A DNA stretch of 64,000 bases from Podarcis erhardii (Eukaryota): NCBI GenBank assembly GCA_964252035.1, contig OZ176204.1; one strand, given 5' to 3'. The position numbers were made by a program, and so were the translations under genes. Below are positions 1 to 11,732 of this stretch, piece after piece (position 1 is the stretch's first letter; each line of letters opens with the position of its first letter). A model generated the notes under the pieces. The model was not told where the DNA came from and made no database searches. It was given only the letters and a program-made list of their open reading frames with translations.

Positions 1-173
1 TCAAAATCAATGCCACATCGCTGATTAAATCTGAATTAAAATAAAGCCGAGATAAGCCCAATTTTTCACACCATCTATGTAGAAGAATTTTATGATGCTG
101 TTCCACTAGTTAGGATTACATATATTCTCACTCTACAGAGGTTTCTATTAGATAACTTCAAATAAGCCATTTA

Positions 174-263
174 TGGTGCAAGCTTATTCATGTTTACTCA
201 AAAGAAAGCTCCATTGACCTAAGTGGATCTTACTCCCAGGTAAGTGCACAAAGAATTACAGCC
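174..263. repeat. About 90-nt short interspersed element (caatcct...ttactcccaggtaag...aggattgcagcc family)
   Basis: Similar copies at 23301-23385, 25024-25118, 35935-36060, 47927-48232 and 61313-61405. Confidence 0.6.
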
Positions 264-1024
264 ATCTTCCAAGCATATTCTTTTCTATCTTACCTTAAAA
301 CATTTATAGGCCACCTTTAAGAGTAAAACCTCTCCCAAGGCTGCTTTCCACCATAAAATATTAAATACAATAAACATTATCACGCACTAATAAAACCAGC
401 AGAAAAGCAAATACATCTCACCCAGAACACAGCTGAAGCCAAAGTCAATCATAGCTACAGCCAGAGACTATTTGTTTTTGAACTAATTTGTGTTCTTTAA
501 AAACAACGAAGCATCCTGCAATTATAATTACACATAAGTAGTTTGTTAACATTCTGTTACTTAATAATGTATTAACATTCCGTTTTCCTCCTTCTTAATG
601 GTTTGTTTTATTTACACGCATTAACTAATTATTTTATTAGAGGCGTAAACTAATTAGGTTTAAAACAAATTAACAGGAGTTATGGAACAAAGGGAATGGC
701 TCGATTCGGAATCATGGCAAACCACAGTGAAGGAAGCTAAGGAATCAGTCATGATTGCGCCAGCCCCAGATCAGGAGCCAAACATGTTAAAGGCAACTGG
801 GTGACTTAGCATTGCTGAAGCAATCACCATAGATGACAGCGACATGAAAGGGCAGACAAAAGCTGAATGCAGAAAGGGCAGTAAAAGGATACGAAGTTCC
901 TCAAGTTTAGAAGGTAATTCAGTAGCATCACAGAATTCAAATCAGGATGAGAACGACATCTGAGTTAATGGAAAATAAAACTTCCTGGGTTGGGTCTAAC
1001 TAACACAGAAACTAAAAAAACACG

Positions 1025-1385
1025 AACAGGATATGGACAGTGCAAATTACACCCAATAAAGAAGAATGGATTAAGCAAAGTGATGGAATATGCTGAATCA
1101 GCAAAGTTAACAGCTAAAATAAGAGAACTTAATGATGATTGCTTTATTGAAGAATGGAAGCCTTTTCTGGGTTACTTAAAGAAATATTATAACGTGATGA
1201 AACCGTGAGCAGGATTTGAACTATAAACAACAGAGAGAATTAGGGATTACTGTGTTAGGGTGCAGCAAAGGGATAGAAAAGAAGAACATCATGGGAAATG
1301 GGATGGGAAGTCGATAATATGAAAGGAAAATTCATTATGTATTGGAACTTTATGTGCAATATGTGGAAATTTTAAAAAAGAAACA
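1025..1385 (+). mobile_element. L1-type LINE 3' fragment (ORF2 C-terminus and 3' UTR)
   Basis: Frameshifted KEEWIK/KVMEYAESAKLTAKIRELNDDCFIEEWKPFLGYLKKYY resembles the squamate L1 ORF2 C-terminus. Ends in an A-rich tail. Confidence 0.75.
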
Positions 1386-2208
1386 AATTAGACCCTTGAC
1401 TTGAACAGAAGAAAACATGCTCTCTTGCAGTTCCATCTGCCCTGACTGGGGTATCTTAGATTAGAAGCCGAGGGTGTTGCCAATAACAGTATTTCTCCTT
1501 AGGTGCAATTTAGAGAGACTGGTTGCCTTAGGTCACATCTATGCACTGTTCATTCACATTATTTTGTACATTTGAGTTACATCCAAGAGATCAGGGAGGG
1601 CAACTGAAACATCTGGTGGAGCATCATGGAGCATCAAAAAAAGTATCCAGGGGAAAAAACACAATAGAAAAAGATAAAATAGCCCTTCCTAGGGTATAAA
1701 GCAGCTATATATAAAAGAAATGTGTGTGTTGTAATCCATAAACTCGTTTTCATTGAATTCTGCAGCAAGTCCTTGCTCATTTCGGTGGACAAACAACATT
1801 TTTTCCTCTCTGCACTTTTCTGGGCAAGAATAAAGCTAATGTGGAATTGCTGTTTTGATACCTCAGCACTTCTCAGTGCTACTCTGAAAGTACGAACGAC
1901 TAATATATGTGCACAATGCGCACCAGAGAACGGGAACAAATATTCATATTTATGATTTGGCTTTTTCTTGCCAACAGGCTGTAAGCTTGGTTGCTTTGAA
2001 ATGAGAGAAATTTCCTAACACACATTATTAGTGCAAACTGTATTTGTGTGTAGGTGGGGAGATTCAGGTAAACCTCTGCCAACTACTTAGACATTACTCT
2101 TCTACTGTGAACATCCCAGTGGAAAGTGGAAAGGCAAGCATATAGGTAAGCATTTTGATAAGCACCTCTATAGCACAGTGAGAGCCAGGTGCTGGTGTCC
2201 CATAGCTC

Positions 2209-2515
2209 TGTGGCAGAGCACATGTCTGTGTTGGAATATAGCTCCGTTCCACCTTAAAAAGGGAACAGGCTGTTGTGTGTTACATGCCTGTTTACTTCCT
2301 GCTCGCTGGGAGTTTCCGTTTTGTATATAGCTTTCGTTCTGGCTGTTTTTCCTGGACATGGAGGCAAGCAGTCATGTTTTTCCTTTGTTCTGATCTACGT
2401 TGAATAAAGCTGTAAATATGTTCTCCTGTCTGAATCTTCCATTGTGGAGACTGCTAAAAGGATGTGAATGAGTCTTAGAATGTCTCTGAGACTCATGTCG
2501 CTAATTGACTGATAC
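2209..2515 (+). mobile_element. LTR-like remnant 1
   Basis: Begins TGT, has a TATA-like tatatag and AATAAA (gaataaagctgtaaata) followed by a U5-like segment. Ends uncertain. Confidence 0.45.
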
Positions 2516-3318
2516 TGTTCCACGGGAGACCGGTGATCGTCCGGAGATGATTGGGGCCTGCCTGATGGCTCCGTCTCCCTGGCAGTATTCCAACAGTCTG
2601 TATGTAGGCAGTCCTGTGTTCCATCCTTGCTATCTCTAGATAAAACTCAGAAAGAATCTTGTCTGAAACCTTGTAGTCACTGTCAGCAAGTGTTGTTGCA
2701 GGAACCCCCCCTCCCCCCGAATCATTCAGTTTGTACAAACACAACACATACACACTCATATGCAACGCTTCATTTAATGAAACTTCCCTGAACGTACCAA
2801 CACGTCCGCAGTGAGCCCTACCCAGTTGGCATGCCAAGCTTGATGGTCCTAGACAGAAGATCATTACACTCACAAAGGACCTGCATATGGAAGTGGATTC
2901 AGTATGGACTGAAACAAAGGACAGTGACCAGCCCTTCCCTCTGGGGGCAGGAAACAGTGAACTCCTCTTTATCCTCAGGAATGTAATCATGGGGAGGGGG
3001 AAAGGAGGAACCGGACAGGTGACAAGACACTCAGGTTACCACCACAACTCCTCCCTGAACCCCCCCCCCCTTTGTGATGTGTCAATGATGTAGTCATGAT
3101 GTAGTCTTAGGGGTGTAGCATGGGGGATTAGTAGCTAATAAAAGCTGGGGTCTTCTTTTGTTCAGGGCTTCCATCTTGTTTCACCAGGTGGCAGGTGGGA
3201 GTCCTGTCGCGACAGTCTTCAATAAAGACCAAGCCTACTGGCTGCTGTTTTGCTCTGGTATTCCTGGCTGGTGCCCTTGTTTTTTGTCCAAGGGAGCCCT
3301 CAGATTTCTCCGTTAACA
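2516..3318 (+). mobile_element. Solo LTR-like element 2 (Gypsy/ERV type)
   Basis: TGTT...TAACA termini with imperfect inverted ends (TGTTCCACGGGAG / CTCCGTTAACA), TATA-like taataaaagc, then AATAAA about 95 nt before the 3' end. No TSD found. Confidence 0.6.
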
Positions 3319-3425
3319 GTGTAAACACTACTGATGTAGATGTTCCAATGGTCTGACTAGGTATACGACAACTACGGTAATTACATTCCTAGAAGGGCTC
3401 TAAAGATGCTTTGCTATTTCTATTG

Positions 3426-3566
3426 TAGAACCATAGAGTTGGAAGGGACCACAAGGATCACCTAGTTCAACCCCTTGCAATGCAGGAATCTTTTTGCCCA
3501 ACGTGGGGCTCAAACTCATGACTCTTGAGATTAAGAGTCACATGCTCTACTGGCTGAGCTATCCTG
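3426..3566 (-). mobile_element. tRNA-Lys(CTT)-derived SINE with CR1-like 3' tail
   Basis: Minus strand gatagctcagccagtagagcatgtgactcttaatctcaagagtcatgagtttgagccccacgttgggc resembles tRNA-Lys. Tail ends in the CR1-type ...cccttccaactctatggttcta. Confidence 0.8.
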
Positions 3567-3788
3567 CAGGGCTTGGTAGAGTATAGAGCTGCTCTTTAAT
3601 ATAAAGAAACTTACTAAAATGCCCTTATCAAATAGTTTTGATGCAAAATAAGCTAAGCACCTCTAGTTTAAAGATAGACAAACTGTAAGGGAAAAAACAC
3701 CCCATATTGCCATCATTTAAGGATTTATTATTATTATTTTAAACACCCTCAGTGTTAATAAAATGATAAGGACAAAACATGTACTTAC

Positions 3789-3903
3789 TGGAAAGAACTG
3801 TAGTGAGGAAGATATAGTCAGAAAAGGAGATCAAACCGCATTCTCCAAGTGCATAAAAGATGCTGTCCTCATCTGCAAACTTTTCACGTTCCTGGGAGAT
3901 TCT
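3789..3903 (-). CDS. MICU1: MICU1 exon 6: [38 protein letters not shown](T)
   Basis: Acceptor aaaatAG|AGA ATC, donor TCC A|gtaagt. 115 nt, phase 0 to 1. Confidence 0.97.
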
Positions 3904-5003
3904 CTATTTTAAGCAATCAAAAGCACGATGTTCCCAAGAGAAGAAAAATAAACTCAGTTTAAAAAGCCAGGAGTTAAAACAAGACCACATCTTTTACACT
4001 TTTAATATTGTTGCCTCTACCCATCCCTTTCCCTAAATAAACCCCCTCCTATTGTCATTCTAGATAACTTTTCCAGCCTTTAAATTTGTCAGTTGTTTCT
4101 TGAAGATTAAGATAAGAATCAAGCTTTATTCTCTATCTTACAACACACATTTCAACCCAGAAGAGTCAACTCAAATGGCACCTCACTGTTCCCTCCCACC
4201 AGCCTAATTGTTTGCAAAATGCTAAGGTATTCTAAGGGCTCTTTATTGCCATTCTTTATATAGTAGGCACAAGGAATTTCACTGTCAGTTTCGTGTTTCT
4301 GTTAAAATAAAAAAAAGTAACATATTAGTACTTGGGATTGAGGGCCCCTGCTTTGAATAAGCAAAACAACAACCCTTTCAGCAAAGTTTCTTACAGCAAC
4401 TACTTCAGTTGCAATGCAGGTTTGATACAGACCCAAGGATGCCCCTCTCTGAACCATGGTAATTAAATTGGGAGCAGGCTGCAGGAGTTATGGTAAACAA
4501 TGGTTTGGGTTACATGTACACTGATACAAACCATGGTTAATGCTAACCATGGTTCTCCTGAAACTAGAAATTGTAACAATGGCATGAAGTAGGTTTGCAG
4601 AACATAGCTTCATGAGTTAGTCTCAACTGTTGTTTGCATCACTGCACATTCAATGCAAAACCCTTGTTAACCCTAGAAATGGAAAGGAGAGGAAAAGTTG
4701 CTACAATGAGAGAAAGAAGTAGGATACACCTATGCTTCACTCCTGATCTCCGCACCATGGTTAAGATATCAACAACATCACATCTGAACTGGACTTTGGT
4801 GAAATAAAGCACACTTATGGTCATTGTACTGCAGACCACACAAGTGTTCTCCCTTTACCCTACCACACATACAAGATAAATTGCTGAACTCAAGAGCGCT
4901 AAACCATTTTGACAACTGAAGATTTAAAGGCTGAAAAGTATGCACAAAGTGGGTTAGAGGTTGGGTTCTAAATTTACTAGTTCAGAAGTATTAAAAGACA
5001 TCT

Positions 5004-5006
<3 letters not shown>

Positions 5007-5038
<32 letters not shown>
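5007..5038. repeat. (AC)16 microsatellite
   Basis: Direct reading. Confidence 0.95.
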
Positions 5039-5041
<3 letters not shown>

Positions 5042-8000
5042 AAAGAAAAGTATTAAAGGACGGAGTGGAGTTGTGGTTAATGTGTATGAAAACATGCAGG
5101 CACAGAAGCACCGAAATAGCAAGCTTAAGTTTAGGAACAATACTAGGGAACAAAGAGAGACACCACCAACAGCACACCAGGGGGCAGTTATACAACTGTC
5201 CCCTATCTGTTACCTCTGTCTAGCGAGGATCCCATCATATACAAGATAAAGGAAAGACAATTTGTTAAGCAATGACACTTAAAGCACATCGAAAGCACAT
5301 CAAAAACATTGCAGCATCTTTTGATCTGTTACTTTTGAAGACCTAAGGAAAATTTGGAGCAATTAACCAGTCCTGGTTACTGTATGTTCTTAATTAAGAA
5401 ATGTAGACAAGAGCCCCAGGAGACACCATCTCTTGAGGTTCAGATGCCTATGAAGGTTTTCATCCCAGTTCTGTCTTGCAAAGCTCATTGTATTTAAATT
5501 GGAAACAGTCCATTGAATTTAGATAAAAGTTAGGCATTATCTGGTCCGCAAAGTTACAGCGGAAAACAGTAATCACACTGATTAAAAACTGCAAGTTCTA
5601 ATTAAAGCCAAAATCTACTAGGCTTACACAAATGTGCACACAGTTCTTATTTTGTCAATGAGAGACTGCAAAAATGTCAAATGAGAAATCGTTAACAATA
5701 ATCTGAAACATTTAACAGTGCAAACACTTTTAGGGAATATCAGAATGCATCCTAATGCTAAGGGTACATTTTCAATAAACAAATGGTTTTTGCCTTACCA
5801 ATACCATTTTGATACTGCTTCGAAAACAAGTAACATTGTGAAAAAGTTTTACACGGGCTCATAATTAACTTATTAATTATGTTAATGCTGTATATTTACT
5901 TCTTTACCTGAGATAGTTTGCAGATTTTGCATCTTTTATAGCATGTATTTAAGTAACCAATGCAGTATTTATGATCCAAGTAACTCCCATTTTAACACCA
6001 AACGTTAGATGAAGACTATGTGCTATCAGTGATATATGGGAATACAATCACAGTATCACACATTTGGACTACGAGAATTTCAGGACCCTGATGTTTATCT
6101 TAAGATTAAAGTTCTGGAAACATGCATTTATGAACAAATTCCAGTGTTCTATTTTTTGGGGGGGTGGGGGAAGGTCTGGGATCTCTTTAGATAAACACAA
6201 ATGCATGGCCACATCAAGAAATCGCTGACGTTCCCCCCCTGGATGGCAGACCCCGTGCCATTTGACAAACTACTTCCAAAGCTCCCGCCTCAGTTTCAAG
6301 CAAGGTTTACCATGCAGAATGGAAGGCTGAAATTCAAGAAACTCTTGTAAGGCCCCTTGGACACATGGAACTAGTCCCAAGGTTCCTAGGATCCAAGCCA
6401 AGAATTTGACCCATCCATATTGATTAGCCATTGCTACTGCAATTCACTTTAAAGAAGGATCACGGCTGTGATTGGTTGGACCTCACATTCTTAGATGAGG
6501 CTCTGGGCAGATTTCCCACAATGCAATTAGCTTGGCATTCCCCCTCTATTTTATTATGTATCTTAAAGACTTAAGAATTTAGACAGTTATGATCCTAAAT
6601 AGACTTAACTTACCAGTCTCCTTTCCAAAAGGATTTTCTCATAAAGTGTATTTGCTGATTTAGCAAAACCATTGTGTTGTTATCGTTTTTAAAGGGGGTG
6701 TAGTTTCAAAATTAAAGCATTCAAAACACTTTCAACTTCCATGTTGCACTTCTAGAAAGTTTACATGTGAATGAAACTTAAGGGGAAACCACCTCAATAA
6801 TTATAATACACTTTCCTGTTCTGGATAACTTTTAAAATATACATAGTGAATGCGGGGTGGGGGGTGGGGTTGGTTAGAATGGGTTAAATCTATTTTACGA
6901 AACCATTAGACTAGGAAAAGAACCATATTCACCCAAAACTATTGAGAATTTTTTTAATGTCAGACTTCCACTGGAATTCATTATAGAATTTTCCCCTGCA
7001 CTGAGAGCAATAGCTATTGATAGATAATTAGTATTTAAACATGCAAGATGCACATTTGTGTTATAGTCCTGAATACCACTGAGTGAGCTTCCTATTCCCT
7101 CTGCAATTCTGTATATTAATTCTACAGGCATAAAATCAATCGCTCAAGTGCACTCCATTAAAATGCATCTTCTCTTGTGTATAAAACTGAGTTCTATGAA
7201 TCTCAACACCACCCTCCCCCAATGATATTTGCTGCTGCTCTTTCTTGCTGCACAATGCGTTGTTACATTTGAAGGAATCCAATGCAAGGTATTTAAAAAG
7301 CAAACTCAACATGCAAATGGAGATAGGGGGAAAAGCAGTAAGTGGTATTTTGTTAGTGTTAATATACCAGCCTCCTCGCCTTATCACCAGTATGAATAAT
7401 ATTAAAATAACTTCAGCACAACCCTCACATGGTATGCCCTTTTTGCAACTGGATGCTAAATTAATTTCCAGCATCCAAAGCTAATTTAGTTTATTTGTCA
7501 AAATTAAGAAAGGAGTAAACACTTTATTATATGAAGCTCCCACTTGCTTTGGATATATTGCTCCAAAAGACCCTGGCTAGGAAAGGCAGTTTAGCCTACT
7601 GAAAAATGATGAATTAATCAAATCAATAGGGCTTGTTCAGAGTGTTGATCGAAGTTCACAACTCAGATAAGGTGGAGAAAATGCACAATTCATTAGGACA
7701 GAGATTATTTACAATAACATTTCTGGAGTTGAGACATCCTGTTAGCCACAAGCATACAAGGCAAACATAGAGACTTCGGCATACTTCAGTTAAATATATA
7801 TATATATATCACCACAAGCAAGAATATGCATATACAGAAGAAGTGAACAATTCAGTTTCCACCAAATAGATTTAGTCCATCGGCTAAGTGAACAATCAAA
7901 GCAATGCTTCTTGCAGATGTTGCTGTACATGAACCATGCAGGAGAAGTGAATAACTATGACAAAACAGAACAGCCCATCTGTCAAAAGGACAGCAAGAAA

Positions 8001-8373
8001 GACTGTGAATACCCATTTTGCCCAATGGGTTGAATCACGGAAGGCAATACTTCTACGTATTTATCTTCCGGAGTACTATGATAATGTTGCATCTAATAAA
8101 ACAGAAAAGAAATCCACATGTGTGCTATTGAATTCATTTCAGAAAGTCATGATATGAGGGGAAATGTTGCTAGGACTGGCCCTCTTTGAGAATGAGGTAG
8201 GACAAATGTTTTTCTTTCCATCCCTAAGAACTTGGAAGTACAGGAGTTCCTCTAGCTTCCTGCTTATGTTGGAAGAAAGAAACAGCAAATGCATTGTCAC
8301 AATAGCAGAAACCTGTGGGTAATTCTACACTGGGCATATTTCACAATCATAGGATCAGGCTTACTGTCTGGAC

Positions 8374-8613
8374 CAGGGGTAGGCAAACTAAGGCCCGGAG
8401 GCCAGATGCAGCCCAATCGCCTTCTCAATCCGGCCCGCGGATGGTCCAGGAATCAGTGTGTTTTTACATGAGTAGAAAGTGTCCTTTTATTTAAAATGCA
8501 TCTCTGGGTTATAGGAATTCATTCATTATTTCCCCCCCAAAATATAGTCCAGCCCACCACATGGTCTGAGGGACAGTGGACTGGCCCCCGCTAAAAAAGT
8601 TTGCTGACCCCTG
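8374..8613. mobile_element. Non-autonomous hAT element (MITE)
   Basis: TIRs CAGGGGT...ACCCCTG and a perfect 8-bp TSD gtctggac (8366-8373 and 8614-8621). Confidence 0.9.
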
Positions 8614-10689
8614 GTCTGGACCATTCAAGTCAAAAGGAGTTAAGATGTTTACAGAAGGGGAAATGGATCCACCCACTCACGTACCGTATATATGGGATAT
8701 TCTGTTTTACTTCCTGTATCCCTATAGGTCTAAGGGGCATTATACCATGTAAAACCATGAGTCCATCTTGCCCTGTCTTATCTAGCTATACAGACTAGTA
8801 GAGGCAACCCAGGGTTTCACTACTTAAATATTCACTGGCCAAACAGGAGTTGGTAGAGATGCTTTATTGTTTCTATTCATGTGGCTGTTGAAAGGCAAGA
8901 TAGATAGATGTGTTCACTTGAACAAAGAAATATTTGCAGAGACAGTGTCCTCTGTATTGAGGAAGAAAATGCCTGACCTAGTTTAAAGTAGGATTGCCAC
9001 TTTTAACTCAACCAAATTAATGACAGCCAGGTCCACCACCACATGAATGGAGCAATATGAGGATGACACCCGAAGGCCTTATTGTAAAGCACAGTCAAGT
9101 GGTTTGACTTCTTAGGATTACTGAACACCGGCTAAAAAACAACAGCCCACCAATGTCTAATAGACTGGGATCTTCCTACCCAGCAATTTCAATTGTCAGA
9201 ACAGATATAACATGGTGTTATGGGCTGGATTCAACTAAACAGTTGTGCTAGTGACAGCAAGCACAAGTCCTGTTAGTGGAACAGGGCTTCACCTCCACAC
9301 TGTGCGCCCCCCAATCAGCTTGACAAGGGCTGTGGGGGTGTGGGGGATACCTCCAGAAATTGTTCCTTCTGAAAAGCAAATAATGTTTGCACTGATAGAA
9401 CACATGAATCTCCACAGCACTGTCCAATCAATAATGTACTCTGATTTATTAGTTTGTTTTTAAAACATACTTGGCAGAACACATATTTGAAGTGGAAGGC
9501 AAGACAGGTGATAGTTCTGGGGTGGGGATATCTGGCCTTCTGAGAAAACGTGAGTCAAACTTTGCCCTTAATATATGCTTTTGACTCATAGTTCCCCAAC
9601 TATAAACACACTAAAATTATAAGCAGGTGGCAATCTTAGTTCAAAAGTCACTAGCATGAATTTCAATAGCTTGGCTAAACCCAGAATAGTACTTTGCTCA
9701 GTAGCATTTGTGCACCCCAGTTAGACAATTATTTCTCTGTTAAGTCATGTAAAACTGACCATTGGTATTGCGACATGAAAGAAGGAGGTGAATGTTCAGT
9801 GATGTTATCCATGCCACTAATGCTTATGCTTCAATACCATTTTTCTGTGTGTGAAAATAAGTGATAATCTTAAGCAATCATTGCATAGCTTCCTTCTCCA
9901 AATCTAAACAATATATGCTACAGAAGTTTCCCCTCAATTCTTAATAATTTGGATCTCATTGTGCATTCTTTCAGATTAAAGAAGCTGTATAATCTTTTTT
10001 CTTTTCTTTTTTTTGCGGGGGGGATGAATGCTTAAGATTCTGTGTGTTTTGAGTTTGCTGTAATGCCATTCTCTTTCAGTCCCCGTTGACCACATCCAGT
10101 TTTCCTAACTGCACAATATTACAGAATTCGATGTTCTTTCCATTTCATTGGCAGCTCAGGCAGCTAAGCACATATTTGGGAATAGTTTGCATTCAACTTA
10201 ATGTGAATTGTTCCTGAGTAAATATGCATAGGAGTAGGCTGAAAAGATCTGGGAGAAAATAATGTATTTTAAAACGTTAGGTCTTCACTAGTTCAGTTCA
10301 GCGAAGACTTGCCAGGAAAGAGGCATCCCAAGTTTCTATAAGCGTGTTTAAGAAGAGACTGCATCTTTACCTGTAACGTCTTACTAAAGAGTGAACATCC
10401 ATTTCTGCTTGCTACTTGACTAAACACTAAATTCAGGCAAGGAAAGCAGTTATCCTTTCCCAAGAAGATGCATAACACCTTTTCAATTAATACACTGTAT
10501 CATTTAGTAATTCATACAGAGAGACACCTTAAATGTTCCTCTGGCTCCTTAGTTCTGTGATGCGATGTGATGTTTTAATGGGTGTTAATTAAAATGTGTT
10601 AGCTAAATATTTCTTTAAAAAATATCACCTTTTTGGGGGACTAGACTTTGCCTGTGCAAGTACACTTCATGGCCACACTTGGATAACTA

Positions 10690-10858
10690 CCGTATTTTTT
10701 GCACCATAACACTCACTTTTTTCCTCCTAGAAAGTAAGGGGAAATGTCTGTGCGTGTTATGGAGGGAATGCCTACGGGTGGCATGCCTACGGATTTTCCT
10801 CCTCTAAAAACTATGTGCGTGTTATGGGCGGGTGCGTGTTATAGAGTGAAAAATACGG
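10690..10858. mobile_element. Tc1-mariner/pogo (Tigger-like) MITE
   Basis: TIRs CCGTATTTTT...AAAAATACGG with TA on both sides. Confidence 0.85.
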
Positions 10859-11398
10859 TATGTTTATTGTGAAAGGAATGAGTCCAAGCAAAGCTCAGGC
10901 TTAGGCGCCCCCCTCACGCCCATCCAGTGTGGCCAAAGGGACACGACTGGAAAACTTTGTTTCCAGTTTCATTTAATCATGGTTTAGTGCATATGCTTTG
11001 AACCTCCATTTCCTCCAGCCAGCATGGCCAATGTTCAGGAAAGATAGGAACTGTAGTCCAAAACATCTGAAAGACATGACATCTTATTGATCTTATTGCA
11101 AAAAACAAACAAAGAAACAAAGAAACACAACCAAGTTTCAGAACCCAAAGTTTGGACCTGGTTTGTTTGGACCTAGGTTTGTCCCTATCACAACTTGCAG
11201 CCATTACATATCATGGTCTACTTGAGTGGTTTTAACTCTTTTAATTTAAATTACAAAGTTTTTAATTAATTTATCTCATTTAATTAGACAAACTTATGTT
11301 TAGACAATGGTATGTTGAGATAATCGTATCAGTTTAACAAGTCAAGATGCAAGCAAACATTTTTGCCTATGTGGCACAAACAATCGAAACCAACAAGA

Positions 11399-11400
<2 letters not shown>

Positions 11401-11447
<47 letters not shown>

Positions 11448-11732
11448 TCATTATTTGTACCCCTCCCATTTGACTGGGTTTCCCCAGCCACTCTGGGCAG
11501 CTTCCAGCATATGTAAAAACACAGTAAAACATTAATCTTTCAAAAGCTTCCCTATACAGGGCTGCCTTCAGATGTTTCCTAAATGTTATATAATGATCCT
11601 TAACATCTGATGGGAGGGCGTTCCACAGGGCAGGTGCCACTACTGAGATGGCCCTCTGCCTGGCTCCCTGTAGCTTCACTTCTCGCAGTGAGGGAACCGC
11701 CAGAAGGCCCTCAGTGCTGGATCTCAGTGTCC
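11401..11732 (-). mobile_element. L2 LINE 3' fragment with (ATT)n tail
   Basis: Translates to AISVVAPALWNALPSDV..FRKHLKAAL (L2 C-terminal motif). Tail microsatellite at 11401-11447. Confidence 0.85.

Noticed and set aside
802-804. In-frame TGA as selenocysteine
   Set aside because: No SECIS-like structure or selenoprotein motif; CpG decay is the simpler explanation.
2493-3328. 165-aa and shorter ORFs
   Set aside because: Lie in LTR-like non-coding sequence with no recognisable gag, pol or env motifs.
3500-3566. Functional tRNA-Lys gene
   Set aside because: Mutated B box and stems, no T-run terminator, and fused to a CR1-type tail: a SINE head.
1-3788. MICU1 exon 7 (expected PQRNFEIAFKMFDLNGDG, EF-hand 1)
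   Set aside because: No matching sequence seen; it probably lies left of the window.
4869-5250. 12-bp direct repeat atacaagataaa as a TSD around a 358-nt insert
   Set aside because: The enclosed sequence has no tail or TIRs at its ends; may be chance in A-rich DNA.
6854-6881. G-quadruplex candidate ggggtgggggtggggttggttagaatggg
   Set aside because: The fourth tract needs an 11-nt loop, and it lies on the non-transcript strand with no supporting context.
6895-7474. Two adjacent minus-strand ORFs (112 and 78 aa)
   Set aside because: Different frames, no homology I recognise, no convincing splice sites, and no place in MICU1.
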